The notes under the pieces are model-generated. The model was not told where the DNA came from, did not search any database, and was given only the letters and a program-made list of their open reading frames with translations. A stretch of 64,000 nt of DNA from Gracilinanus agilis (lineage: Eukaryota), in the NCBI RefSeq assembly GCF_016433145.1, contig NC_058134.1:44740241-44804240 (forward strand), read 5' to 3'. Below, piece after piece: positions 1-12,873 of this stretch. How positions within the stretch are numbered: position 1 is the first letter of the stretch; each line of letters opens with the position of its first letter. The translations under genes and the position numbers were made by a program.

Positions 1-993
1 CTTCCACCTTGATAGCTTCTTTTTCTTCCATGTCTGAGAGGCAGATAAGCAGCGAGAGAGAGACTTGGTACACTGACCAGGCCAGGATGATTTCTGTCTA
101 AGAAGCAAATTCTATACTGAAGCTGGAGAAGATGTAAAGAGTAAGTAGTTGTGAATAGCCAATAAGATGAGGCAATGACTAGCTGATGATAACAAGAGTG
201 ACTTCGCCCCACTTCTTCCACCTCCCCACCCCCTGACCTGCCTACCTTCAGTGTCTCTGCATGAATCTTATTCAGCTGAGACACTTCCTGGCGCTTGGAT
301 GCTTTGGTGGCCTCTAAGATGTTCTCTAGGCTCCGGTTTGCTTTACGCAGGGATTGAAGCTCTGACTCCAGTTCCAGCTGTCTCTTCCTGTTTATATATC
401 ATCAAAATATCAATGTGCTTATTTTGCCATAGTTTATGTGACCAATGAAAAGAAATGAAGACTGGCTATATTCTAGTTAATTTTAAAAATATTTTTCTTT
501 TACAAAATGGAATTAGGTCCTAAGTCTGGAAATCTACAATTTCTATTGGTAAAATAAAATACTAAAAGCCAATTAATTCAAACATATAAATTCACCATTA
601 AAAATTTTATTTTTTAAAAATCAAACACGTAACAATTTCACATAAACAACATTTTGGGTCCATATAAAGGCTTAAAATATTAAATTCAAGAATAGTATAA
701 TTGTTAATCTATCCATTTTAGTAAGAAGACTTGTATAATTTGGGCTGGCCTATTCTCTAGAGTAATAGAGAGCTGGAAAATAGTCCATTTATATTTCAGT
801 AAAAAATAAAATAATGGCCTTGATTACCTCCTAGTACACATGATTAATATTGAAAGTCAGATATAGGATCCTAAGTCTAAAGGAATCAACATTAAAATTG
901 CTGACATACATCAGTATTAGAAAAAGGTGTGCCTTATTAAAAATCCATCTGATAAAAAGTGTGGTAAGTAGTTTATACAAAAATGCACCTTAC

Positions 994-1135
994 TTGGTAA
1001 GCTCTTTGAATTCTTCATATTCTTGCTTTGAATTACTCAATTCACTCTGGGACTGCAGAAGCTGTGCTCTTAGCTTCTCTACTGATGCTGATAAGCTAGA
1101 TTCTGAGGAAGTCATTAGAGGGTGTCCTTGCTGAC
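994..1135 (-). CDS. KIF15: KIF15 coding exon 15 (coiled-coil stalk); gene continues left of the window
   Basis: ttcag|GTCAGCAAG...CTTACCAA|gtaagg, 142 nt; (G)QQGHPLMTSSESSLSASVEKLRAQLLQSQSELSNSKQEYEEFKELT(K), matches recalled KIF15 EKLKAQLLQ..SKQEYEEFKELT; phase fits exon 14. Confidence 0.93.
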
Positions 1136-2829
1136 CTGAATAACAATAGAACAAAAGCAAAGACATTCAAACTACTAAATTGTTGGTTAAGACACATTTT
1201 CAACCCTTTTGTCAAGTCATTCAGCCAACAATATTCACTGATCATTGCTTAATTGTAATATACTGGGCATTATGTCCTATATTGAAGGGAAGCATGAAGG
1301 GAGAGGTGAAATCAGAAAACGTATTTCTCACTTTGAGGAATTTATAATCTAACTGGAAGCCCAGCATGTACCCAGTGTGTTTCAAAGTAACAGAAAACAA
1401 GACCCAGGACAGGAAAGACTTGATTATGGCTAGAGGACAGGGAGAGGGATGCAAAGACAGGGAAGAAGAGACTGCTAAAAAGGCATTTCTCTGGATAGAG
1501 AAAGATGAACAAATTGTGTTAATTGGGGATCAGTATTGGAGGCAATTGGATATAAAGCATCAGGAAAAAGCATTTGTAAGGTTGTGAGCTTCAAACAGGA
1601 GTCATGGATAATTATATCTCCCAATTTGTACAATGTGCTCCAGAGGCCTCAAAAGGCCAACAAAACACAGAGAAATAAAGGTCATTGGAAACAAAACAAT
1701 TATGACATTTAGAAAAGTATAGTTTATATTCAAGTGAAATACTGTTTGATTTTTATCTCTACCTCAGGATGAATAGGTCTAGAAAAGAGAACTAAAATGA
1801 TCAAAGGTACAAAGGAATAAGAAAAGATTAATGTAGAAGATTAAAAAAAAATTTCTCATAAAATTTCATCATTAAAAAGTAAATTCAAAATTCAATTAAA
1901 TTCCAGGATATCTCTTGAGGCTTGAATGAAGTGGTTTTTAGTACAAATTATCATCATACAGTGTGGAAATAAATTTATCCCAGAGAATGGTGTAGGCAAG
2001 AAAATATACATATATTCTAGAAAAACGTAAGTAAATTCATAGCAGATCACTATATAATAATTATTTGGGGGAATTCCAGAAGGGGATGGGCTATGTTTCG
2101 AGCTTCTGGATTTAACAATGAACACAAAAGGACATTTGGTGAGAGGGTATGTCTGCATACTATAACTAGACTCATGGGAGTCTGACCCAGGATGGTATTT
2201 GTGAGCCTTTTTCTTGCACTAAAATCTCCCACTGTGGCCATAGGACAGAGCTGGTCCTGTGTTCTCAAAGATTCTGCCAAAAGAATACAGCTTTAGTAGG
2301 TTCTACCAAATGGGAAAGGCTTGGGTCCTTAGCCTAGAGACCAACTGTGGGTCTGGTGTCCAAAGACTCAGCCAGTGATTTTTATAAAGCCTCATCACAA
2401 GAATCTTGGCCACAAGGTGTTCATTTTTTTTAGCAATTCTTGAAATGAAGAAACATTTGTTAAGCATATAATATGCAGCAGGTATACAGCCTACCTATCA
2501 AAAAAGCCATACTCCCAGTCCCCAGGTCGAGCCAAGGTGCCGTCTTAGAGTTCTCTTTAACACCTGCTATGTCCAATCAGTTGCAAAGCCTGTCCTTTCA
2601 ACTTTCCAAACATCTCCTGAATATGCTTCTTTCTCTCTTCTGGCATACCTCCCACATCATCTCACAACTGCTAGGGAGGTATACAGGTCTCAGGTCTCCC
2701 CCCATTCCAAACTATCCTACATCAAGCTACCAAAAGTGATTTTCTTAATGTATGGAGGTTTGGCCTTTTTAACCTTGTTCAATAAATTTTGTTGACTTGA
2801 AGATCAAATACAAAATCCTTCATATCTGT

Positions 2830-3265
2830 TTATTTGTATGAAAAAGTCTTTCATAAACTGAATTCCTCTGATCTTAGCAGTTTTCTTACACGTTTTATTT
2901 CCCACTTACTCCATGATTCAATGACACTGCTCTTTGTCCCACAGGCCACTTCGTATCTCAATTTCAGGAATTTTCATGGCTGTCTCTCCTGCCTAAAACA
3001 CTCTGCTTGCTCATCTCCACCTGCTGGCATCCCTGGCTTCTTTCAGTTCCCATCTAAAATCCTACTTTCTTTAAAAGAAGTCTTTCCTGAGGTGCCTTCC
3101 CTTTGTTGATGATCTTCAAATTACCCTGTTCATAGCTTGTTGGTACTAACTCTTTGAATGTAATTAGACTGAGCGCCTTCAGAACAGGAACTGATTCCAC
3201 ATTTGTCTTTTTAAACTCAGAACCTATATTGACTTGCACATAGTAGGACTTAATAGATTTTTGAT
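2830..3265 (+). mobile_element. L2 LINE 3' fragment
   Basis: Pyrimidine-rich L2-like body ending ...gcacatagtaggacttaatagattt typical of L2 3' ends; boundaries approximate. Confidence 0.6.
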
Positions 3266-3466
3266 GAACTGAACTTTCATGCCAGGCATTTTAAATGGAA
3301 ACATATTATTTAACATAAAAACAACAGGTTGCATTATGTGAAACTCCAACAATGATAAACAGATAAGTAAAAATGGACATTGCTATTTCTACTATGCTAC
3401 ATAATTCATTACTATATGATTTTAAAGAAAATGGGTTTGTGTTCATTCATCCATTTACTTATTTAT

Positions 3467-3657
3467 TTAAAAAAACTTTACCTTCCATCTTGGAGTCAAT
3501 ATTGTATATTGGCTCCAAGGCAGTAAGGTTAGGCAATGGGGGTCAAGTGACTTGCCCAGGGTCACACAGCTAAGGAAGTGTCTGAGGCCAGATTTGAATC
3601 TAGGACCTCCTGTCTCTAGGCCTGTCTCTAAATCCACTGAGCCACCCAGCTGCCTCC
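3467..3657 (-). mobile_element. SINE1_Mdo-type tRNA-derived SINE
   Basis: Reverse complement has gcagctgggtggctcagtgga head, B-box ggttc/gattcaaatc, ccctgggcaagtcactt core and ggaaggtaaagtttttt tail. Confidence 0.85.
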
Positions 3658-3884
3658 TAGGTTTAAAAAAAAAAAAAAAGAACTTGACACACATTAACTG
3701 ACATAGTTACTTCTACATGCAGAGGACATAATACAGAAGAAGACAGAATCGGCACTTAAAGCTACAATGCTAGAAATATATTACAAACATCATTTAGAAG
3801 ACATACTACTTTTACAAGGCAAATTCACATACTCCTGGTGGATGTTATTTCTGAGGCCACTCACCCCTCTAATTTTTTTTTTAC

Positions 3885-4062
3885 CTTTATCGTTTTTCTC
3901 TTTGCCAGAAATTTCAAAGAAAGTTTTTTCTAATTTTGCAATGGTCTGAGCATCCATTTCTTGTATTCTTTTCACAGATTCTAAGGACTTAAGTCGCTTG
4001 TTCTCCTCTCTGAGGGAGTGGTTTTCCATGGCATATTTCACAATACGAGGATGCTGCTCTAT
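3885..4062 (-). CDS. KIF15: KIF15 coding exon 14
   Basis: cccag|ATAGAGCAG...GATAAAG|gtaaaa, 178 nt; IEQHPRIVKYAMENHSLREENKRLKSLESVKRIQEMDAQTIAKLEKTFFEISGKEKNDK. Confidence 0.96.
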
Positions 4063-5580
4063 CTGGGACAGAAAGAGAGTTTACAGACTTACATTGTTAT
4101 TACAGAATATCATTGGATTGCTGAAATTAAATCTCCCCGAGAAAGATCTAAAATAAAATGGCTTTGGGGGAAAAAAAGTCACAATGAAGTCAGTCCTGCA
4201 TATGATTTATCAGTCAAGAGTAAACGCCTACTCCCCAGTTTTAGTCATACAAAGAAAATATACTAACCACAGTGACACCAATCATTACATAGTTTTAACT
4301 TCTTTGTACTATACTAGATTGGCTATGCTACTTTTATAGGTATGTAGCCTGCCAAAAATGTTGTATTTTATTATTGCTCTAAACTTCTTAACTTCTAGGA
4401 GTTCTTTTATTTGACTTTTAATAGTTCTTTTAGTTCTCTTAATGATTATGATATATAGTAAGAATGAACTACTCTTTATTAAGAGCAATGTTAAGTGACT
4501 ATGAGGTTGTCTCAATAAAGATGACAACTAAATTCTATGGTTAGTGGGTTCCACCAAATTATCTTTCATTTAATTTATTCTCTCCCACACCACATTGCTG
4601 CTCAATTCTGGGACTTTTTTCCTTTCAGTATCTCCCACCATTGGGAAGACTATTCTTATGAGTAGGAGTAGGGAAAATAAAGTTTTGTGTTTTTTTTTTA
4701 AATCATAGTAGCTCAAGTGAGTTTATTCCCAGAAGTCTATCTCAAAAGTTTTTTTTCTTCTTCAACGCTTAAGAGTGTCTAAAAAGTAAACTAGAGGTTA
4801 AAAGGCTTAGAATAAATCACTTGCCAACACTGTCATTAGTAGTAATGTTATTCTGGAGAAAACAGTTCATTTGCTTTTAATTTCATACTTTGAAATTAAT
4901 TTTTCATAAAGTATAACTATGACCTGTGTCTTTCTCCTGAAATCAGGTTTTACAGTTGTATAAGATTATTTTAGGTTACAGAAATTAAATCTTAATTGTA
5001 AACCAAGACATCATTAGAGCTTCAAAATTGATTAAGCATTAAAAAAAAAGTCATATTGCATCATCTCATTTTGAAGAGATCAAGTATGACCCATTATGCA
5101 CCACACGAAAGCTTTATTTTTATCCATGTTCCATTTAATTTCTGAGCTTTTCCTTCCAAAAATAAAATCCTGTTAAGAGCCAAACAGGGTTGGTCTATAG
5201 GTTCAAAAGTAATAGAAAACAAAAAGTTTTGAGTGAACAAATTATTCAGGAATATGGGAAGTCCCACTGGTAGCAGGTCTGCAGTCATTCCTGGAGGCTG
5301 CAGCATATCTTTGACTTTGTCTTGGATGGTGGAAGAAGTCCCACTGTATCTCTTCCCATTTTAGATTTGTTGAGATTAAAGTCAAATAACAAAAAAGTTA
5401 CCTGAATTAAGTAGTTTAAGCAACTTAATCAATAAAATTCATGAAAAAATATTCATTTCATCAAATAACAGGCAGTTAAAAAGCCTTGTGGGCCATTGTT
5501 CCTACCTGCCACATTTTTGTTTTTGTGCATTTTATGAAGTTCCCTGCTCTCAGAAAAAACCCCAAGTAACCCACACTTAC

Positions 5581-5790
5581 TTGTTCTCTCAGAGTCTGTA
5601 TTTCTTCCCTTAATTCGGAGAGCAGCTTATCCTGTTCTTCAGACATAAAACTGCCCCTTGCTTCTTTCTGGAGTTTCTCTAAGCGCATTATATGATCCTC
5701 CCGAAACTTAACAATCATTTTATTGGACTGAATGAATTTTTCTTTTTTGACACTGAGATCTTCCAACTGTGCAACTTTTTCTAATAAAGA
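5581..5790 (-). CDS. KIF15: KIF15 coding exon 13
   Basis: cttaag|TCTTTATTA...GAACAA|gtaagt, 210 nt; SLLEKVAQLEDLSVKKEKFIQSNKMIVKFREDHIMRLEKLQKEARGSFMSEEQDKLLSELREEIQTLREQ. Confidence 0.96.
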
Positions 5791-6026
5791 CTTAAGGAAA
5801 AGATAAATTAGAACTTTCCCTCAACATTTCTTAAGAACTCACAATCAGATAAGAGAATCTGTAAATACTAACTTCAAATGAAATCTTAATTCAGATTTGT
5901 TTATATTCTTCCTAGTTTTTATTTTTACCATTTTGACTAGCAAAAATTTGCTTTAATTTTCAAAAGTAAAAAAAAGGAATGTCAAAAATAGTTCTAATTT
6001 CACCATAGTGAAACTCAATTTCTTAC

Positions 6027-6103
6027 CTTTTTTTCATGTTCAGATTTCTTCAAGAATAACATTGCCTCTCGAAAACAGTTCATGTAATTAGTATTTTCTT
6101 CAT
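6027..6103 (-). CDS. KIF15: KIF15 coding exon 12
   Basis: ctcctag|ATGAAGAAA...AAAAAG|gtaaga, 77 nt, phase 1 to 0; (D)EENTNYMNCFREAMLFLKKSEHEKK. Confidence 0.94.
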
Positions 6104-6974
6104 CTAGGAGAAAAATGGTATTTCTCACAAAAATACTAAGGGACAAACCAAAAAAATCTCAACAACAAATACAAAAATTTTCTTTTATATGTCACAAGCG
6201 TTTTCCAGCATAAAAGAAAATTGGAATTTCAAGGCTAGAAAAACCTTGAAGTGTTAGGCCAATCTCTCCATTTATAGGGGATATTTCCAGAATCTTTACT
6301 TAACCAGTAGTTATTCAATGAAGAAAATTAAGTTTCTTGTGCCCTGAATAGCAAAATTATACATAAACAATGCATACAAGGAGTAGATCTGAAATTTTTA
6401 CACCTTACTTTTTGTATCATGGCTGACTATAGGCATAACAATTGTTTATTAGTATGATATGAATAATTGGAAGGGAGAGATGAGTATGAGTAGATATTTA
6501 TACTTAAAAACAAGACTAGGAAATGTCTAAAAAAGATCTCATCCTTTTAAGCACTGGAAGATAAGAAGGGGTATAGGTGTCAGAATTTAGTTTAAGAGGC
6601 AAAGCTAGACTAAAAGGAAATGAGTTAGAAGTCATACAATTGAACGTCTACCTGAAAAATCTCTATGGGATTGCAAATATATGAGAGATATGAATGGATA
6701 TGCCTTGTAGATGAGTGCTTACTGTTTGTTGAACTGGGTCAATTAGAAGTCTTTAGGAGTAGAATAGAAAAATCCATATTTTGGTAACTACATTTTTATT
6801 TGTTCTGGGGTTCAATTCAAATATACTTTAACAGATAAGGAAAATACTATAATCAAATTTAATTTTATTGTAAAAATGCCATTAGATTTATACCACAATA
6901 TCAGAAAAACGAATCCGTTTCTGATCTAATTTTTAGATTAATAGTAACACATGGATTGAGGTTTTAGATGATTT

Positions 6975-7170
6975 ACTGAATAGAAAGCTGGGCTTAGAAT
7001 CAAGAAGGCTTGAGTTCAAATTCAGCCTCAGTCCCCAGGAAAGTCACTTAACCTATTTGTCTTAATCTACTGAAGAAGGAAATGACAAACCACTCCAGTA
7101 TCTTTGACAAGAAAACCCCAGGTCCCTGGGACTCACAAAGAATTTGACATGATTGAACCACAATAATACA
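6975..7170 (+). mobile_element. MAR1-type CORE SINE with RTE-derived tail
   Basis: CORE head (ttgagttcaaattcagcctcag) followed by gaaggaaatgacaaaccactccagtatctttgacaagaaaacccc RTE-like tail. Confidence 0.65.
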
Positions 7171-7180
7171 TGGACTAGAA

Positions 7181-7381
7181 CAGTGATGGTGAACCTACAG
7201 CATGGGTACCAAAGGTTGCACACAGAATACTCTCTGTGGGCATTTGGCCACCCTTCCTCCTCACCCCATTCCCAATGGGAGCACTTCTTCCCTCCCCTGT
7301 GGGGTAAGGGGGAGGGTGGCGTTCAGCACTCAGGGGAGGGGGGGGTATGGCATGCAGTCTCTAAAAGGTTCACCATCACTG
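7181..7381. mobile_element. Non-autonomous hAT (Charlie-group) MITE, OposCharlie-like
   Basis: Perfect 16-bp TIRs CAGTGATGGTGAACCT / AGGTTCACCATCACTG; 8-bp TSD gactagaa / gactagat. Confidence 0.9.
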
Positions 7382-8384
7382 GACTAGATGAATAACAACT
7401 GGAGCCACATGAATGCTGTGATATCAAAGCATTGCCAATATGGGGAAACAGAAGGGAGGAGATAAGAGCCTTACTACTAGACACCATTACAAGGGATATT
7501 CCACATGAGAATGAGCTTCACCACCCTATGAACTCTGTGCCCATCCCTGGACCTCGGACCTAGGCTTTGGCTGCATCTCATTGAGAAGATGCTCTCCATC
7601 CCCTTCAGCTTCTTTTATATGTTCTCTACCCCATTCAAATAGAAGTTGCTTGAGGGCAGGTTTTGTTTGGCTTGTATGTGTATTCCCAGCACTTAGCACA
7701 GGACCTGGTAGACAGTAAATGCTCACTAAAGCTCACTGACTTGAGATGCCAATCATTAAGGAAAGGAATGAAAATAAATAACATCAGCTGGCCTCCAGTG
7801 TGGTTTTAAGGATTGTCAATCTGACTGACATTCCAAGTATTAAATGTCCTTTGGAACAATGAAAGGGACATTGGGGAGGTAAAGAGAAAGACTATTTTTG
7901 ATCATAAGGGAACAGGCAGAAAATATCCTACAGTGTAGTGACTTGTGCAGGATCACAAAGCCAATTGTCACACCCCAGGACTTGAGGCTGCCTGCCTTAA
8001 GGATTGATGGGAGGGATAAAGATGATGGCATATATGTATATTAGACCTGTGCAAATGGATTAGCATGAAAAAAAGAAGAAATATGAGATTTCTGATCTTT
8101 AATTCCTGAGATTTATAAAATGAAAATATCTGCAGGCTGATAGGTCCAATTTTGGATTTTGCCCAGCAAAAGGAATGAAAATGGTGATATGAAGATAATC
8201 CTCAATGCTGAGAACAAGGAGAGACAAACACTATTTTTAATATTTTAAAATAGATTTGCAACAAGTGTGTGTGTATGTGGGGGAGAATGGGCCAACACAG
8301 GCTATGTGACTCCTATAAAAGTCATAGCAATGAGGCAGTCTAAGAGGCTTTGTTGTATGAACAAAACCTTCTAAACTATTAAAA

Positions 8385-8590
8385 AACAACAAAAAAAAAT
8401 CTTACCTTCTTTATTAGAATCAATACTAAATATTGGTTCCAAAGCAGAACATCAGTAAGAGCTAAGCAGTTAGAGTTAAGTGACTTGTCCAGTGTCACAC
8501 AGCTAGAAAGTGTCTGAGGCAAGACTGAAACCAGGACCTCCCATCTCCAGGCCTGGTGCTTTATCTACTGAACCACCCAGCCTGCCCCCT
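8385..8590 (-). mobile_element. SINE1_Mdo-type SINE (diverged)
   Basis: Similar to the other SINE1 copies: agttaagtgacttgtccagtgtcacacagctagaaagtgtctgaggc. Confidence 0.8.
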
Positions 8591-9004
8591 TCCAAATTAC
8601 TTTTGATGTGACCTCTGACATTTGGATCATGTTTACATCTGAAACTCATTGTGACACATAGTCTAAATAAACGGTCTAAGCACTTTTCTAACAAACTGCT
8701 TTCCAGATTAATCACAAATTGTTAAGAGTCTCTCCCCTGGAGTTTATAAACCCTGGCCTGGTATGCTGGCTTTTCTACTTGTTCCTTTGAGCTTTTTCTA
8801 TAGTTTTAATGCCTATTTTATAACAGTTTGAGATATGGTCTCCTAGGCCTCTTGTGCCATTTGCCTTGCCATCCTTGACCTTTTGCTCTATATCACTCTA
8901 GATAGTAGCTCCTAGATCACTTGACCGGGATGGCACTAAACTGCTAGGTTTACACCAAACTACTGTTGGGTAAAACAGAGGATGAGAAACACTAGTCACT
9001 TCAC

Positions 9005-9113
9005 CTGGGACACCACCAGTGCCTGTGGTCAGCAGAGCAAGCTGTTCTTTGAGCTTCTTCACTTCAGCTTGAAGTTGGCTCACATTTCCTTGTGTGTCTT
9101 CATTTACCACAGC
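9005..9113 (-). CDS. KIF15: KIF15 coding exon 11 (neck linker/neck coil); donor position inferred
   Basis: catcag|GCTGTGGTAAAT; AVVNEDTQGNVSQLQAEVKKLKEQLALLTTGTGGVP; best phase-1 donor is CCAG|gtgaag (109 nt), needed to keep frame with exon 12. Confidence 0.85.
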
Positions 9114-9789
9114 CTGATGTAAAAAAAAAAAAACCAAAAAAAAAAAAAACACTGACAAAGACTGTGCAATTTTTTCTTTTGTTATATACTTTCCCAAATT
9201 CATTTGGTCACTGAATTTTAAATACCATAATGAAAGTTGGGGGGCAAGGCAAGGGGGCTTGAAATGCTCCCAGTAAAAGAAATTGAGAACATTTAGAAAG
9301 AAAATTAAGCCTATTTTCATGTGGAAGGCTTGTTGTAATTGTTATGCATACATAGGCATTTTTAAATCCAAATTTGTGTATGATATAGAATGACAAATGT
9401 GCTATTACACATACAAATAGCAGCAACAACACACTAGAGTAAAAAATGTAGAGACATCAAGGAATTTAAAAAAATCTAATCCCAACATCTCACTGCTAAG
9501 GAAATGGAAGCCCAAAGTCACTAACTATTCTAGTAGAAATATGGGGACAATAACCAAGGGGTTTGGTTACCTAGTGATCTAGGACTTAAGGCCCAGTCCA
9601 ATCAGTCAAAAATTATTTATTAAGCACTAAGGTACCAGATACTGGTGTTTCATATGCTAATAGTGACATAGTCCCTGCCCTCAAAGAGCTTATATTTTAT
9701 CAGGATTTCTCTGTGCTTTTACAAAATTCAAAGGGAATTGCATATGTATATATATATATACATATATATATTTAGTCTGGGTAAAGGTC

Positions 9790-10920
9790 CAGGAATGGGT
9801 GGCTCAGTGTCTCAATGTTTCAGATGAACTAGAGTTCTAGAGAGTGACCCAGATAGCCTGTGTTTAGCTTTGTAGGAAAAAACTAAGGGATGCAAACACT
9901 ACTTTTTGGTTGAGAGGCCTCAGAGTGACTAGCTCCAAGTGACATGCTTGGTTACTCCAACCCTGAGCCTTCTTTCAATTCTGATTTGGGATTCTTAGGT
10001 TCTTAGAGCAAACTCCCATTTCTCTTCTCTAAAGTTTTCTTCCTGCAAAGAGAGTAAAAGTCATTTTGAGTCTCTGTCCCCAGTGCATAGCTCTAGAACA
10101 ACTTTGGGGGTATAGATTCTCTTAAGGGAACTTCTTTTTAAAACAAGATTTTTATCTCACTGGAGTTATTCTGTTGCTTTCCTCACGGCCTCATGCCCAG
10201 AATTGTGCCTCCTGACAGGTTTTTCCCCATTCTAGAGATTTAATACACTGAGTATTAACTTCAGGCCCCTGATTTCTCCTCTGCCAAATAGTCCTGTTTG
10301 GCTAAGCTGGGCCCCCTTTCCAGGGAAAATATATTTGCTTTGGTACTTCAGGGATTACAATTCTGTCAGGGTAGATACAGTCTCTCCATCAGCATAGACT
10401 ATTCCTCTCAAAAACCTTACAGTAGATGCTTTTCATGAGTTTCTGTGGCTAAAATATATCATCTTGTAGACAACCTTCTCTCAAAGTTGCTTCAAGAAGT
10501 CTGTTGCCAGGCCCAGGGTTACTACTGGTTTTCCAGGTCAGTAGGAGCTTACATCCCACTGGCTGAGCCTTAAAGACTCTAGGATCACTTTGACTTTGGA
10601 GAAAATCTCACAGGTTTCTTAATCAGGGTAGATACTGCCCTTGTAGAAGTTGTAGGTGCTGACTTGGCCACTCAGTAACAGAGCTGCTTCCTCACGGTGA
10701 GCAGTCACTTACCTCTTACTTGATTAAGTTAACCTCTACTCTGGTTGGGAACTGGCAAAGGATCCCTCTCAAAGGAAAGACAATTTGCATAGAAAGCTGC
10801 AAAGACAATAAGAAAGGAATCCTCCTCTGACTTTAAAAGGTTCATAGGGAAACAGAGTCTCCAGTTGCTTTTGTTGAGCTCTAGCCACCAGGCCAAGATG
10901 ATAAGATATGGAAAGGTACT
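9790..10920. mobile_element. Probable degraded LTR-retroelement internal fragment
   Basis: GC-elevated, non-SINE/LINE-like stretch in an AT-rich intron, with weak pol-like peptide fragments; no clear motif recovered. Confidence 0.3.
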
Positions 10921-10936
10921 ATAAAACTGGGTTGTT

Positions 10937-11147
10937 GGAGGCAGTTGGGTAGCTCAGTAGATTACAGGCCTAGAGACGGGAGGTCCTGGGTTCAAATCTG
11001 ACCTCAGACACCTCCCAGCTGTGTGACCCTGGGCAAGTCACTTAATCTCCATTGCCTAGCCCTCACCACTCTTCTGCCTTGGAACCAATACACAGTATTG
11101 ACTCCAAGATGGAAGGTATGGGTTTAAAAAAATTTTAAAAATAAAAA
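10937..11147 (+). mobile_element. SINE1_Mdo, full length with TSD
   Basis: 16-bp TSD ataaaactgggttgtt at 10921-10936 and 11148-11163; A-rich tail. Confidence 0.93.
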
Positions 11148-11179
11148 ATAAAACTGGGTTGTTTTAGAAAAAGGAGAGT

Positions 11180-11625
11180 GCAATCTGCAAACTAAACCAA
11201 GCTTGACTTGTTCCTGACGAAATTCTGAAATATATTACTAATGAAAATGTAAGTAAATACCTAGAGAAGGCAATGGTGATTACAAAAGGCCAATATAATG
11301 ATTCAGAACATGCCATGCTGGATTAACCTCATTTCCTTTAAAAAAAAAAATCATAGTTATGAGACTAGGAAGAAGGTAAACATTTGATGAAGTTCCTCTT
11401 CTTATGAACAAGATGATGAGATGCAAGTGAGACTTTTAGAACTGACAGTACCTAAGCCCTAAAAGCATTGACTAATTGTTCTGTGTCAGCTTGGAAGCAC
11501 ATACATAGTGAAGTGTCCCTGGGCTGTGCTTGGCCTTGCATTCTTTAACATTTCTGTTAGTGGCTTGGATAAAGGCAGAAATGGCATATTTAGGACATCT
11601 GCAGATGAAACAAAGCTTGGAGGCA
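11180..11625 (+). mobile_element. L3/CR1 LINE reverse-transcriptase fragment
   Basis: Translation CPWAVLGLAFFNISVSGLDKG..IFRTSADETKLGG is a degraded CR1 RT [31 protein letters not shown]. Confidence 0.8.
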
Positions 11626-11689
11626 CAACTACTATAGTTACAGCCTTCATCCCAGCCTCTAAAGCCTACAGAGGAATAACCAAAGCGGA

Positions 11690-12200
11690 ATCCCAGGCCA
11701 GAGAGGCTCCAGAGGTTTGGTTACTCAGGGCCAGCAGGAGGAACTTTGTAGCTCCTGACAGTAGCTGAATCCAACCACAGACAGTCTACTGGAGCTTCCA
11801 ACAAGGGATAAGCTAGCAGGAGTGTTTGCACATCCAGATCTGAGTCAGGGACTTGCATAGCTCACACCCACAGGGCAGGGATCAGACTTTTACCCTGCAT
11901 CAGCCTACTTTGAGAGCATTGATAATTTGCAGTTCCACAGCCTGAGTGGTTCTTGAGATCCTAAAATAACATGACTCAACAGCACAAGAAAGCAATAGCA
12001 GGACAAGAAACGCACAGTCTAGCCTTAACATAAAAAGTCTGAGGTCAGAAGAATGAACAAACAAAATATCACATCATAAGAAGTTATTCTGTTAACAGAT
12101 ACTCAAGACATAAAACCGAAGAAAGAGAAGGATTCTAAAATATCTACAAATAAAGTTTCAAAGAAAACAGTGTGGGCACAAAGTCAACTGAATTCAAGTA
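11690..12200 (+). mobile_element. Old marsupial L1 5' region / ORF1 start fragment
   Basis: A-rich ORF1-like stretch (atgaacaaacaaaat...gattctaaaatatctacaaataaagtttcaaagaaaa) after a GC-richer 5' UTR-like segment. Confidence 0.5.
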
Positions 12201-12628
12201 TGAGTTGGAATAGTCTCTGAGGTTCTTGATACCTCAGATTATGTAAGGATAATTTAATCTCAAACTGCCAATTCTACTTAAGCTGAACTTTTTCCAAAAT
12301 GGCCCCAAACTATGAAAAGCTACCCAAGCAGAAGGTATACTCCAAGGCTCAATTTTTATTGTTCTTTTTTTATGTGTTTTTTTTTCCCCCCATTTGAGTG
12401 TAAGCTTTTTGAGGGCAGGAATTATCTTTTGCTTGTATTTGTATCCTCTGTGCTTAGTACAGTTGCCTGGCATAGAAGTGCTTAATAGATTGCTGACTTG
12501 ATTTGACTATAAAATAAATGGTCAACATTCCATTTTTATGAAATTTTATGAAAATGAAATGCTGGCCAAGTTAAAATATTTCTGACTTATTTTGCTAATA
12601 ATAAAAGATATTCACAAAAGAATTTTAC

Positions 12629-12751
12629 CTTGTTTTTAATCAGCTTAGCTCTCTGAGCAAAGTTAAGAGTTGACAGAGTTTCTCCAAAACACTTGGATCC
12701 AGGGTGAACATTTGCAATTATGGCTGTTTTGGCATTACCTCCAAGAGAATC
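12629..12751 (-). CDS. KIF15: KIF15 coding exon 10 (end of motor domain)
   Basis: aaacag|GATTCT...AACAAG|gtaaaa, 123 nt; [41 protein letters not shown]. Confidence 0.97.
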
Positions 12752-12873
12752 CTGTTTAGTGGTATTAATTTACGGTTAAAAAAAAATCAGACAAAATTTT
12801 CTCTTTGTTGCTTCCATGCCCAATTCATTCAGTGTGACTTTTAAAAGTAGTATGCTGAGATGTCCTACTTTAC

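Noticed and set aside
1-993. KIF15 exon 16
   Set aside because: No segment matching the expected R(K)RQLELESELQSLQK continuation; it must lie left of the window
10937-11000. tRNA genes at SINE heads (A/B-box-like motifs)
   Set aside because: tRNA-derived SINE 5' ends with no cloverleaf; followed by SINE core, A-tail and TSD
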